Shown piece by piece: positions 52,501-64,000 of a stretch of 64,000 bases of DNA. A model generated the notes under the pieces. That model worked only from the letters and a program-made list of their open reading frames with translations. It was not told the origin of the DNA and did no database searches. The stretch comes from Azolla caroliniana (taxonomy: Eukaryota; Plantae; Polypodiophyta). Position numbers and translations under genes: made by a program. Every line of letters starts with the position of its first letter. Position 1 is the stretch's first letter. The DNA is taken from positions 2,046,001 through 2,110,000 of the forward strand of contig JBHGNT010000004.1 in NCBI GenBank assembly GCA_043228905.1. The letters run 5' to 3'.

Positions 52501-55500
52501 TCATGGATGATGCTGAGTTGAGAACTCAAGTACGCTGTGATCTGGCTGTCATGAATGATCTACAAAGATTGGCAAGTGAGATTGCATGTGGTTTATGTAC
52601 TCCCTGGTAAGCAAAAAATGGGTACGTATACCTACCTATGTGCATTATATCAATGTTTTCTGTAATTGATTATGCATTTCAGGATCATAAACCATCTCTA
52701 CAATCATTCAACCACATGTATTAAGATCAGGATCATGGAGCTTTAGGAAACCTAGAACTTTTATTTTTATTTAAGTATGGATAACATGAAATTTGTACCC
52801 ATATTTGAAATCATGATTTGTCTCATAAACTGATTTTGGCCTCTAGTGGAAGTTAAGAGCAATAGTTTGTCCTTTTATTGGCTTGTTGGAACATTATGAT
52901 GGTCTCATCGACTATCTTACGGAAATGTTGTTTATGAAATATTATGAATGGTTGTTGTGTGGTGTGATTTATTGACACTCTTTGAACAAAGACAGATTTT
53001 GCAAGCTTAAGAGCATCAATTGTTAATCTATTTTTACTACCACTTGCATATATTAGGAGATTCTTATCTGGTTTCTTGGAGAGTATGATCTCTCAAAATT
53101 CAATATAGCTCATGCGTAGACATTTACTGCCTGTTTTGGTTGAGGTGTGAGGATCACTTGTGTCAATTAAGGAAGGCCTTGCCAAGGCAGGTGATGTTGG
53201 GAATTTGCAATCACACATGCAAAGATGATGGATACTGGGCCTGGCTTAGTCTTGGTGCTTTTTAATCAGCTTGGGAAAAATCAGTGTAGGCTCATGCAAC
53301 CTTCAAGTTTCTTGCACATTGATATTATGTATTGACCAGCATATTTTTTCGGTTGGTAACTGGTAGAAGAGGGCAGCCTCTTCAGAGATGCTGGCTAAGG
53401 AGTGACAGGGGGAAGACGTTTTATTGACTATTGGTACGTAGTGCACTTGATTCCTAGAATCTATGAAGATCCATGAGGTTATGAGTTTTCAAATAATTGA
53501 TTGCCAGCATGTTGCATAAGACACATGCTAGAAATTGGTGTTTTGACAAGACACCTACCAGCATGTAGATATTTGGCCAGTGTGGTGCCCTATAGGTTAT
53601 CTATGAGCATACATCTTGCATATAATGCACCTAAACTCTACAGATTGTTACGCCAGTCTGGTCAAAAATATCGTTTTTAGCATTTGATGAAAGGAATCTT
53701 TGAGGCTTATTAACTCAATCAATATTATTGTGAATCAAACAATGGTAGAATCCTTGGATGAGTTTAGATTTTGGCTTCAGAACGGAGCATTCTTTAGGTC
53801 TTAATTGGTTTATGTTTGGTGATAAAATTCAGCTAGATGTAAAGAAAACATAATTTGATTGCACATTTAACAGATGAAATCATTTTCCAGGGATTTCCTA
53901 GCCCTCGCACAATCCATTATTATTGTGCAACGATTGGTTTCAAAACTTGATTGTCTTAACAATCCTCACTTTCTTGCGTTGGCGCATGGAAAGGTTTTGG
54001 CTAGTCTGTCGCAGAAAATTCAGGTTCACTATTTCTTTAATATTTTCTGTGACATGTCATTTTATAGTTAACATATCCTTTTAGGTTGTGACTTTGAAAT
54101 ATCTCGGTTTATAAATCTTTCAATTCAAGAGGATTTTGTGGTGATAATTAACATGTGTTTGGTGTGCCATTTTTGTTGATTGTGCATTCAAAGCATGTAA
54201 ATGATTGGGTGAAACTAAACTAAATATTACATTTTTACTGTGAGCAGAGTCTACTCCACACAGAGGCGTGCCATTTCTTAGAACGTGGACATGTCATCAA
54301 AGATAATGTGGACGAGATTTTAGATTCATTTAGAGTTGAAAGCCACCATTTGGAAGTCTACATCAAAGAGTATGAGAAAACCGAAAGGACTCGATTAAGA
54401 ATGCCATCATTAGAGGTCTGTTTGTACATATCCTTTTGTTTGTGAACCTCTAAATTTGCAATCCAACAAACCATTCACACCATCCACAAACCAAAACATG
54501 CACCAAGTAGCATTTAGGCACTTCAAACACACTGCTACAAATGGTAGAATGAGTACCAATGTGCCATCATAGAGCTAGTCAAGAACTTCATATAAAGTTA
54601 ATATGAAGTCTGTACTCTGTAATATCACCACAGCTAGTTGAAGAGTGACCATGCAAGAAAATTTGTCCCGGTGAGGTGTGAGTATCTGTATAATCTGCTC
54701 TAATTCCATCCACTACACAAGATATGAATCATGCTCATCCATATATCAGCAAGAATCTCAGATTATTCTGTTCTGCTGCCAAACTACTGATCGTTTATAG
54801 ATGAAAGTCTGAAGCAAGTTAATTTTATCTACTTTATGAAAGAGCATAGTCTTGATCTTTGGAGCTTATGAATTTTTTTATTGATTGACAGGTTAAAATA
54901 GATGATTCAGGGAAATATTATTTTTCTATCAGCAAGCATGATTTGCGTGATGTTGTACTTCCAATTGACTATCAGAAATATGGACCAGGAGATTCTGAAC
55001 TTTCAGAATTCTTCAGTCCAGCAACCCTTTCTGAGACTAGTAAAAAACTGAGTGAATTACTTAAGAAGGCAAGGCTCCGTGAAGCAGAGATATTGGATTC
55101 TCTGAAGGAAGAAGTGCACTCTTTGCTGCAGCAGATCCATGCCACAGGACAGGCTGTTGCAGAAATTGACGTTCTTGCCTCATTTGCAGGTTTGAATTGA
55201 TTTTTTTGTTTCTAATGTAACAATTACATTCACTTGTAAGTCATTGAACTAGACTAAATATTTTATGAATGCAGAAGTGGCTGCTTTAAGAGGATACTGC
55301 AAGCCGGTGGTGGTGGAAGATAGCCGTGAAATTACTGTCATTCAGGGAAGGCATCCTGTAGCTGAATTGCTTCTTACAGGTACCATGTCTTACACTCCTA
55401 ACCCAATATATATGGGCTATGGATCAGGAACCGTTGAAGATCAACCACAGAAATGGGAACAAAAGAATATGGTGGATGAGTCAAATGTCTCTTTCTTTCA

Positions 55501-58500
55501 CAATAGTTGGCCTCGCCCTGATGTTGTGATACTGACTGGTCCACCTGGAAGTGGTAAAAGTTGTTATCTGAAGCAAGTAGCTCTCATTCAGATTCTTTCA
55601 CAGATAGGAAGTTATGTTCCTGCAAAAAAATCTTATCTTGGGATTTCTGACGCTATCTACATGAGGATGGATGAAGGTGATGATCTCTTCTCAGGCATGG
55701 GCAATTCTGAAATTAATATGATGGAATATGCAGAGATTCTCAATAATGTTTCATGCCAGTCGCTGGTATTATTAGATGGAATTGTGAAGGAAGGTACGAA
55801 TGAAAGTAATTCAGTCACAAGAGCAATGGTTGAATACTTGGCCCAAACTGTAAGGGCACGAACCCTTTTGATCACTCAGCAGGGAAGTTTGTGTGCATTA
55901 GAAGGAGAATATCCAAACATATCTAATTTCCATTTTGAGGATGGTGAAAACTCAACATCGCTGCATTGTGTTAAACCAGGTTATTTCCTAGAGCCAGCTT
56001 TTCTTAAAAGTAGCAAGTTAGGAGGATTATCAGAGTGGGTTGTCCATAGAGCTGTGGAGCTAATAACCTTGGAATCTGCGGGTGTTGAAACCTTTTCCTT
56101 TGACAAAGCTTCTTGGAAGTTGGACGAGAGGAACACATCTGATAAAGAGTCTGAAAAGTCAGAAGATGTTTCTAAAGAAATAGAAAAGGTGAACGCCCTG
56201 AGTATTAATTCTTTTGTCAAGGCCTCAAGGATGTTGAATGAGAGGATCATGACTGATGAAGAGTCTGGGAAGAAAGAAGTCCTTCCTAAGGAAACGGAAA
56301 CAGAAATGTTGGTGTCTCCATGGATTGAAAGTGTTTCTTTTGACAAGGCATCACGGAATATGAACAAGAGGATCATGCCCAGTGAAGAGTTTGGAAAACC
56401 AGAAGTACTTTCTAAGGAAATAGGAACGGTGGAGTCTCTGGATGTTGAAAAGATTTCTTTTGGCAAGATAACAAGGAAGGTAGATGGGAGAATCATAACT
56501 GATGGAGAGTCTGGAAAGCCAGAATTGCTTTCTAAGGAAATAGAAAAGATGGATAAAATTGTAGCAAACACAAGATCAAAGATTCCAACTGTAGAAGTTG
56601 AGCCTATTCCAGAACATCTATCGCAAGACTTCATTCAGTATGATCATTTGGAGGATCTATGGCAGAACATGCTGAAAGTACTGCAGAACAATCCGGCAAC
56701 TTATGCACTCACAAAACAGAAGGTCAGATCATCTTCAAATGATAAATGTTTGTTTTTAGGTTCCTACCATAAGTTAATATTTCCCAAGTTTTTATTTTCT
56801 TGTTAAAGGAAATCGCCAGATAAAGGAGCATTTGATAACATTTCATAATTTTATAGGTAAAATATGCAATATTCAATGGATGTTTCATTGTAAGAACTTT
56901 TGGGTGAATACTCGTAGGAAGAAGATCCTGCTGTTTAAAGAGTCACACCATTTAGGCTGCTGCTCATCTCAGTTGCATTATCCTTTATTGAGAATTAGAT
57001 GCAGGGCAATTTTGATGGACTTCATGTACAGTTAATATAAGCCATGCTTTTGCAGAAACAAAACCTTGCATAGGTTGCACATAATTTACCGAATTCTGTG
57101 GTTTGTACCTGCCAACTAAGAACAAACAACACTTCCAAAATGGCATGATAGTTAGTATGTCCAACTACGAATTACACCTGTAAATGGTACAAAAGCTAGC
57201 AAACACCTATAAGTCACATGTAATGAGCCAAACTCATGGTGAAGTGAAGATTAAAACATTTGTCCCAATAGCAGCTGAAAACTTCATTGTTCTTGAAGCA
57301 GTAGATTCATTTGATACACTATTCTGGACCATGGAACAGTTTTGTTCCAAATCCAATGAAGAGAATAATAAGTGATTGTAACTGGAAATAAAAGGCCGGT
57401 GAAGCAAGATACTGGCCATCCAAGCTTCTGATAATCATGATTTCCAGTTTGTAAGACGAAACTCATTATTAAGCACAATTTCTTGTGGACATGTCAAAGT
57501 GTTAGAAAAAATATGTGCATCTGAACATTTGAACACCACCCACTCACCCAATAAAGTTTAAACACCAAGCTACCCAGAGTTCCACTGGAGTCTTCAATAA
57601 AAATGAGATCAAAAGTGAGAAATGGAGCATTATAGAATATCCAACATTTGTAAGATCATTTGTACATGACTTTTATCACTCCCAAGAAAAATTCTGGTTC
57701 TGATCTTGTTAGCATGCTTGAGTGGTGTTAAACACCATCACAGGGACACCGAGGGTCTAGACGCTGCATGAGCTGAGCGCACGGTACAGTGTTGAAGGCA
57801 TTTCGGACATCCTCCAAGCAGCAATAAATCCTTTTTTTATGGGTTCGGCCCTCCTCGATGAGGGTTCAGAGAGTCAATATGCGATCCAAAGTTGTGAACC
57901 CATTTTGAAAGTCTGCCTGTTTAGCTGAACAGCAGCCATTCCTCGTGCTTATACTCTCAATTCTGATGCTAGGATTGAACCATATAGTTAAACCAAGTAA
58001 TGGAAAATCATGATTGTTCTATAATTTCCTATAATTGCCCTGCATCGTGGGGTCTCCACTCTTGAAGATTGGCAAAATGATATGTTTTGTTCAGCTAGCA
58101 GAGAACCTTCACACATAGCTCTATTTAACATGTGTGCCAGCAAAATGGGGTCTCCAATCCATCATGATCTTTGGCCTTGCCAAATTGTAACCAATCAATC
58201 GCATTTCCTCCATTGTAGATTAAAAAGTTGGATTTAGGTGTGAGCCATGTGGGGGGTAACCCAGGGATATCATATAGTACGTTTGCACATTCATACCTTA
58301 GGCAAGGTCAGTGGTGTGATATGTTGCCTCTAATTAAACATTTTCCATGCTTTTTCACTTTCTAGTCCTAGGAACTAGTGATACATATTTGCTTCAAATT
58401 TAGCCAAATATGATCTCGTCTTCTTTCTTTCAAGGAGTTGGAAGGTTTCATTTTGAGTTCCAACATGTCAAAGCATCTGATCTAGGTCATTGTGACAAAC

Positions 58501-60532
58501 CGTTATATATCACAGATCTGTGTGCAATTCCCAAGGCGAGAAAGTGTTTGCCGTATTCCGAAGCGTCACTCAAATCTTGAGCTTGTCATTATAGACCAAC
58601 TTCTTCTTCCATAATGTCTCCATACATAGCCTCACTTGTGTCAAAATGGTTATTTGCCCATCCTTACGTTATGTATTTTAGTCCCCTAATAGCGGTGTAT
58701 CCCCCCACAGTAGCAAATCTTATGATATCATCATAAAACGGTAGGTATGGTGATTCTCCAAGAGGTACTTTAGTTTGCACTCCAAGAGGTGCAAACTTTG
58801 AGTAGACAGGTGGAAAGCAGCAAATTTCAATGATGAAAATGTTTGGAGTGCCTGTTTGTTCAACACAGTCACTCCTCCAGAGGCTCTAGTGCTTCCTAAT
58901 GTCTGCGGTTGGGAATGTCATACTGGCTCCCTTCTATATCCTTGTACATTGGCGAGTTTACTAGCACTACATTGATTGGTGAAAGTTACATTCATATCTT
59001 ATAAGAAGCTAAAATGGCCTATACAATCAAACAAGGATCGTATGCAAATTCATGTTTGAATTGAAACAAAAATAAAAGTCATACTTTTCCTAAAGATACA
59101 TGACACATGTCTTAATGCATATGGTGGAATGCTTTTGGAGATAATTTACATACATACAATGCATAACTAATATGTATGTGTTGATAGTAGCGAGGTAACA
59201 TTGTATCGGAGGTTGTTTAGTTGGTGTGGTAGAGTAAGGATTCAACAAAGTTAATTAAGTGCATCTGGGGTCCTTGAGGAGATCGGACATGCTGAACGAT
59301 GATGTCCATGATCTAGTGATGGTATGGCCCATGTGTCTTGTAGCGTGGTCTGTGGTGCTATTGGTATTATTCTGTTTGCTATATGGCGACTTCTCAACAT
59401 GTTGTGAATGGAGCTGTGCATTCATGATGTGTGATTGCCATTGCATCATGTATGCTAATACAATGGTTGATTCTCAATGCTTTTGGAGATCCAGCAAGCT
59501 TTTGCCAAAGTGCTGTGGGTCGGCATTTTCCATCATTTGTCTAATGGTGAAGTTTGTAGCCTTGGCAACTGCATACAGAAAGTTCCTAGTGCTTGACTTC
59601 TCTTTTGCATAATTTGCAAAATCTTTCAGCTTTAGGACTGCAAAGTGCTCATCTTTACCTGGTGGGAGGAAACTCTAGCTGGCCTATTATTTTTCAAGCA
59701 CTATGGGACATGTAGATTACCTTAATGTGATCCAAGCCATTTGGGTATAGAGTTGCCAAAAGTCTTTCCGCAATGCATTTTTGCATACATCATTTTGGAC
59801 AGGTAGGTATGTTCTTGAGTCTCCTTCAGAATTCATTCTCCATAAACTTTGCTTTCCATATGTACCAACTTGATTGCAAAAGAAATGTCCTCATGTGGCT
59901 GGTATAGACTTCATTTTAATTTTAGGACTCGTTACCTTCATATGGTAGTCCTGCCACTAATTAACCAACCCTGAATTAATTATGTACGTTTTATGGGCTA
60001 GTGAATCATGGATATTGCATACAATTTTTGAGTCAGGGATATTTTATATTGCTCTATATGGCATTAGCTATAGTTTCATAATATCTGTACGTGGGAATCT
60101 CCTTTGCTTGATGCAACAAATCTAGAGATCTAATCTTAATAATTATCCCCACCAAAAATTAGAATTGTGATTGAAAATCAGCCAACATCAATAGAAGTTT
60201 ACTGTCATTAATCTTGGAAATGCTGTTTGTAATGTATATGCTACATAATTATGCTATAAGCCTTGTGACAGTTTATTGTCATATAATGATCTATGAATTA
60301 TGGGAATGAAAAGACAATAATCATATATTATTTTTGACTTCATTGTCAGGGTGCTTTGATGTCCGTCCAAATTGGTACAGTAGTTTCTCATGTACATGTG
60401 GCCACTTCAGCTTTATTCATTAAGAAGTTCCGTCAGCACGAACATGCAGCTGCCCTTGAGTGTGCATTCTTATCAGTGTTGCATACCCCAATTAAGCTTA
60501 AGATAACTAGCACAGGGGAAGAGCCTGCATAA
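43501..60532 (+). CDS. MutS1: DPD1-like DEDDh exonuclease fused to cyanobacterial-type MutS1 and a C-terminal DnaX-tau-C/DnaA-N-like domain (about 1610 aa, 18 exons; probably organelle-targeted)
   Basis: Exons 43501-43673, 44248-44859, 46189-46394, 46998-47593, 47711-47782, 49435-49539, 49621-49801, 50663-50754, 50871-50963, 51072-51163, 51253-51367, 51488-51643, 52497-52606, 53891-54023, 54248-54415, 54892-55189, 55275-56722, 60350-60532; GT-AG, phases consistent, 4833 nt with no internal stop. Exonuclease motifs VFDIETTGL, VAHNGRKFDVPFL, AHRALADV; MutS motifs WGLAYADFSTGEF, GSLLWAIDQTKTNMG.R.L..W...PL, GRHPV, ILTGPPGSGKSCYLKQ..QIGSYVPA. Confidence 0.9.
44799..45035. repeat. 120-bp tandem duplication spanning the exon 2 donor site
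   Basis: tgaatgctac.aatattcatggtatt.gttctgacatggtgaatagatcagacataccaag(g/a)taagattcta starts at 44799 and 44919. Confidence 0.92.
48202..48733. repeat. 3 x ~180-bp near-identical tandem repeat in intron 5
   Basis: Units start ccaccaatttatcttaatttcatcaccagagaaatttt at 48202, 48384 and 48563. Confidence 0.95.
57740..59700 (-). mobile_element. Degenerate LINE (RTE-like RT remnant) antisense in the last MutS1 intron
   Basis: Minus-strand translation HIILPIFKSGDPTMQGNYR (about 58084-58028) and QADFQNGFTTLDRILTL*TLIEEGRTHKKRIYCCLEDVRNAFNTVP (about 57919-57780); the upstream extent is uncertain. Confidence 0.75.
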
Positions 60533-63084
60533 CTGTTGATTTTATACTATGAAGCTTAGGATAACAAGCACAGAGGATTGATTTTACAGTACAAAGCTTA
60601 AGATAACAAACAACATAAAATTGATTTTACACTCACAACATTGGCCTTCGTACATTCTATTGGTCTAACCTTCTATGTAGATATTGTTCGTTCAACAAAT
60701 AAGGGTACCTCAGTCTAGACAATTAGACAGCAAATAATGCATTGGATTCATAATCATTCTTTGCCAACACATGGGTAACTGTACAATGTATATATGTAAA
60801 TCCTATGTAATGGCAACATTAGTCAAAAGTTATTTGCAATGTTCTTAGCTTGGCCTAATGAGCATCTGTGTACGTGAGTTAAGTTGCCAGCGAGGCCTAA
60901 TGAACAGTCATTATGAGTTTCCTAAAAATGCATAAATCTTTTTATGATTAGGCAAAACGTTTATTTTTTAGAGTTTGTTATAAAACTTATATTAAACCTG
61001 CAGCTTCAATAGAAAGTTACAAACACTCCAAATTTCACTTTTGATTATAATCATGGTAAAATGGACTTATAACACCTCTTTCACTTGCATGTTTGCATAT
61101 ATGGAAAAGTTTTACAGATTCAATAATGGAGTTAAAGAATTTATTTTAATTTGCAATATAGCAGGCTTGGGAATGCAGGTTAAGTCAGACATCTACTTAA
61201 CTGATTGTCACAGGACATCTACTTAGCATTGTTCTTTTTTGGACCATCAATTACAATATTCTCATAATGATTCTTTTGTTTAGCAGGTTTGAGAATGCAA
61301 TTTTTATCAGATGGCAAACTTTTTTGTTGTTTACGTTAAATGTGATGTTTGGAAGGCTACAGCCTTATTGTCATTTCACACAGGGATTCAACATGAATCA
61401 AATAAATCCAATCACATTAGAATTGTCACTTCACACAGACTGGGCATAAAGCAAATCCAAAGATATTGAAATATCACATTCCTTGCACTCCTTGATTTTC
61501 CTCACATCAATACTACCTTTGCTAGTGCCTGCAATTATCTTCGCTTAAGATTGATGAGCATTCCATAAGTAGTACACCATTGTTTAAATCTAATTACATT
61601 GAATCATCACAATCCTCCGGCAATGGATTTCTACCTGCAACCATGGATTGTTGCTGTCGCTTCATGCTGAGGATGCTCATAAGCATCACTCATGGAATGG
61701 AACTTTTTTTAGTCACAGATGACCATTCCATAAATGGGTACAACATTGATCAAATCCAATTATATTGAAGCATCATAATGTCCGTCATATGGCTTTCTGG
61801 TACTTACCATCATGGATTGTTGCTGTAGCGTCATACTGTGGATGCTCATAAGCGTCACTCATGGATCAAACTTTTTAGTCATAAATCAAGTACACTTTTC
61901 CCTAAACATAAGGGAAAAGGTTCTGTTGAAGCCAGATACAAGACGAAATTGTTATCTTACACCCTTCCATGAGCAGTAAAATAATAGTTACCAAGAGTCG
62001 ATATATAAACTAAATGATTTAGATCCTTATTCACTCATGGTGGCCAATGTATTAGTTCCGTCAACTTTGCAAAAGCCAAAAATGAAAATGCAATTTTGGA
62101 TCAAGCTTTTTCTTTGTGAAATTCTTGAAATTTATTGGGAATATGAAAATAAACCCAAACAATTGACGGAACATGTTATTGTTTTTAACACGAACTTGCT
62201 CACCACAGACAGAAAACATGTTTATTTTGTGCTAACTGAAGACAGAAAACTGTTATATGGTGATAAATCAAGTCTCTATACTCGAATCATACTTTCACAA
62301 CATGCTAATGAGTACAGCTACTACACAGAATGATGAGTTGGGACAGGTAGCTCCATAATATTACTACTGTTGAGATAATTGCTCCATATAATTAAAGATC
62401 TATCTGATTGAACCTGTCCCAACTCATAAATTCAATCAGATAGATCTTTAATTCATCTACTTCAAAATTCAAATCAGAAATCATCACTGTTGAGAAAATA
62501 AATAAACAAGAAATATGGAAGTCCCTTCCTAAAGAGCCAGAATAATTGCATTTAAATTTAAATTTTAACAAATTGTTGTAAAAATAAACAAAAACAAAAC
62601 ACACAGGACATTTTATCAAGAGCCAGAATAAATCAATTTAGCTTTACCCTGTGGTTTTCTTTGACTTTCTTTAAAATGCTGTTAGTTTAAAGGGTAGTCA
62701 AAAAACACTGCATAATAATATCTAATTCTGTTTTACCCATCCTTTGCATTAGTACAAAACCTGTGTAATTTTCCATTATTCTTGATTTTTTCCTCAAAAA
62801 ATCTTTAAGTGGGAGAGGGGGGAGGAGGAGATTTTCTACAACAGTAGTTACTATTACCTACCTACTCAACTTCACTGACCTTACATGTAAAATAATATGT
62901 GATAGAACCAATGATAGTTCATAGAACTGTCTATCTACATTCCTATCTTACATAGTTCATGTAAAAATGTGGCAAAAGCAAAGCAAAACAGTAGTATAAT
63001 AGAGCTAGTATCAGTGACCGCGTAGAGCTTCTTACATATTAAATAAGGTGGAACCAGCAATAGTAATAGAGGTCTTAGTGGATC

Positions 63085-63779
63085 TTACATGTAGAATGTT
63101 GTGGATCCTTTATTATGCATCTGTGTCATTTGTCCAGAAGATCCTTGCACAGGCATAGGTCCATGTCCATGTCTATGTTCATTTACATGACCTTGCATTG
63201 GCAATGGCAATGATCCATGTCCTTGCATCATTGGCATCTGAATTGGCATTGATCCATGTTCATGTCCATATCCATGACCTTGTATTGCCGTTGGCATCAG
63301 CATTGATCCATGGTCATGCCCACGATCACGTTCATGTCCATATCCATGTTCTTGCAGTGGCATTTGACCTGATACTGACATGTAAGATGATGACTGAAAT
63401 TGTTGACTGAATTGTGGCTGTGACTGACTTGGTGCTGATGGCTGAGGCTGCTGCTGACCAAATCTGATGTTTGTTCCCAGATGTCCTGAAGATAGTGGTG
63501 GTATGGATGGAATATTGGAGTCACGATAAATTGAGGATATAGACTGACCTGAAGAACCGCCATATAATATGCCTTGATGTAGTGAAAGCCCACCTTGAGA
63601 TGCTACTGATGTTGTTGGAGTGAACTGAACTCCATACATTTGATTTGGCAAAGATCCACCCGTCGGTATACTTCCAGTTACCTCCACCCTGTTTACAGGG
63701 ATGGGTAACCCACCACCAGTTGGTAGAACTGGTGGAACCCCGGTAGGCTGTGGACCAAGAACAGATGGCTGGCTTTGAA
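63085..63779 (-). CDS. Q/G/P/H/M-rich low-complexity exon, probably the last coding exon, of a gene starting beyond the window
   Basis: Acceptor cctggcctag at 63781-63780; open frame QSQPSVLGPQPTGVPP..GQQQPQP..(HGHG.MP..QG)n..GSTTFYM*. The stop overlaps a possible AT|GTAAG donor. Confidence 0.7.
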
Positions 63780-64000
63780 CTAGGCCAGGATAAGGGTTTG
63801 TATAATCCCTGCTCCGGTCATTGTTAGCCTATATAAACATACATCATCAATTTGACTCATGCCTCGGGATTTGCAATTCAATGCTATACATTTAGGGCAA
63901 ATTATCGGAATGCAACCATGATTCCAACAATACCACATGTTTACTGAGTTTGGAGAATGGCACAAAAAAATATTTTGTACTTCTTTAATAGGGCATAAAG

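Noticed and set aside
43501-60532. Calling the MutS gene plant MSH1, MutS2 or a nuclear MSH2-7
   Set aside because: No GIY-YIG or Smr domain is visible, domains I-II are present, and the motifs (GSLLWAID, GKSCYLKQ, WGLAYAD.STGEF) are of the cyanobacterial MutS1 type.
43501-60532. Two separate genes (DPD1 and MutS) or a pseudogene
   Set aside because: Both domains share exon 4, and all 17 introns splice in phase with no stops over about 1610 codons.

Overview
AT-rich, intron-rich land-plant nuclear DNA; a seed-free plant such as a fern is inferred from the cyanobacterial-type MutS1 gene and the repeat landscape. From left to right it holds the 3' end of a gene built from tandem exon+intron modules (1-1176, +), a glutaredoxin-domain/Cys-rich protein gene (9784-11181, +), a 10-exon mitochondrial 3-hydroxyisobutyrate dehydrogenase (25541-19524, -), a ~1061-aa low-complexity protein with a uORF-rich leader (31203-27790, -), an 18-exon ~1610-aa gene (43501-60532, +) and a Q/G/H/M-rich exon of a gene cut by the window edge (-). 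Several LINE fragments (two with exact 17-bp target-site duplications, one with a twin-priming-type inversion), a MITE and local tandem duplications are interspersed. The main find is the 43.5-60.5 kb gene: putative transit peptide + catalytically intact DPD1/DnaQ-like DEDDh exonuclease + cyanobacterial-type MutS1 with degenerate ATPase and Phe-X-Glu motifs + four ~40-aa repeats + a C-terminal DnaX-tau-C/STICHEL/DnaA-N-like domain. It is a candidate one-polypeptide organellar DNA editing/degradation enzyme. Gene models were spliced by hand from GT-AG sites with phase checks; family calls rest on remembered motifs, not database searches.
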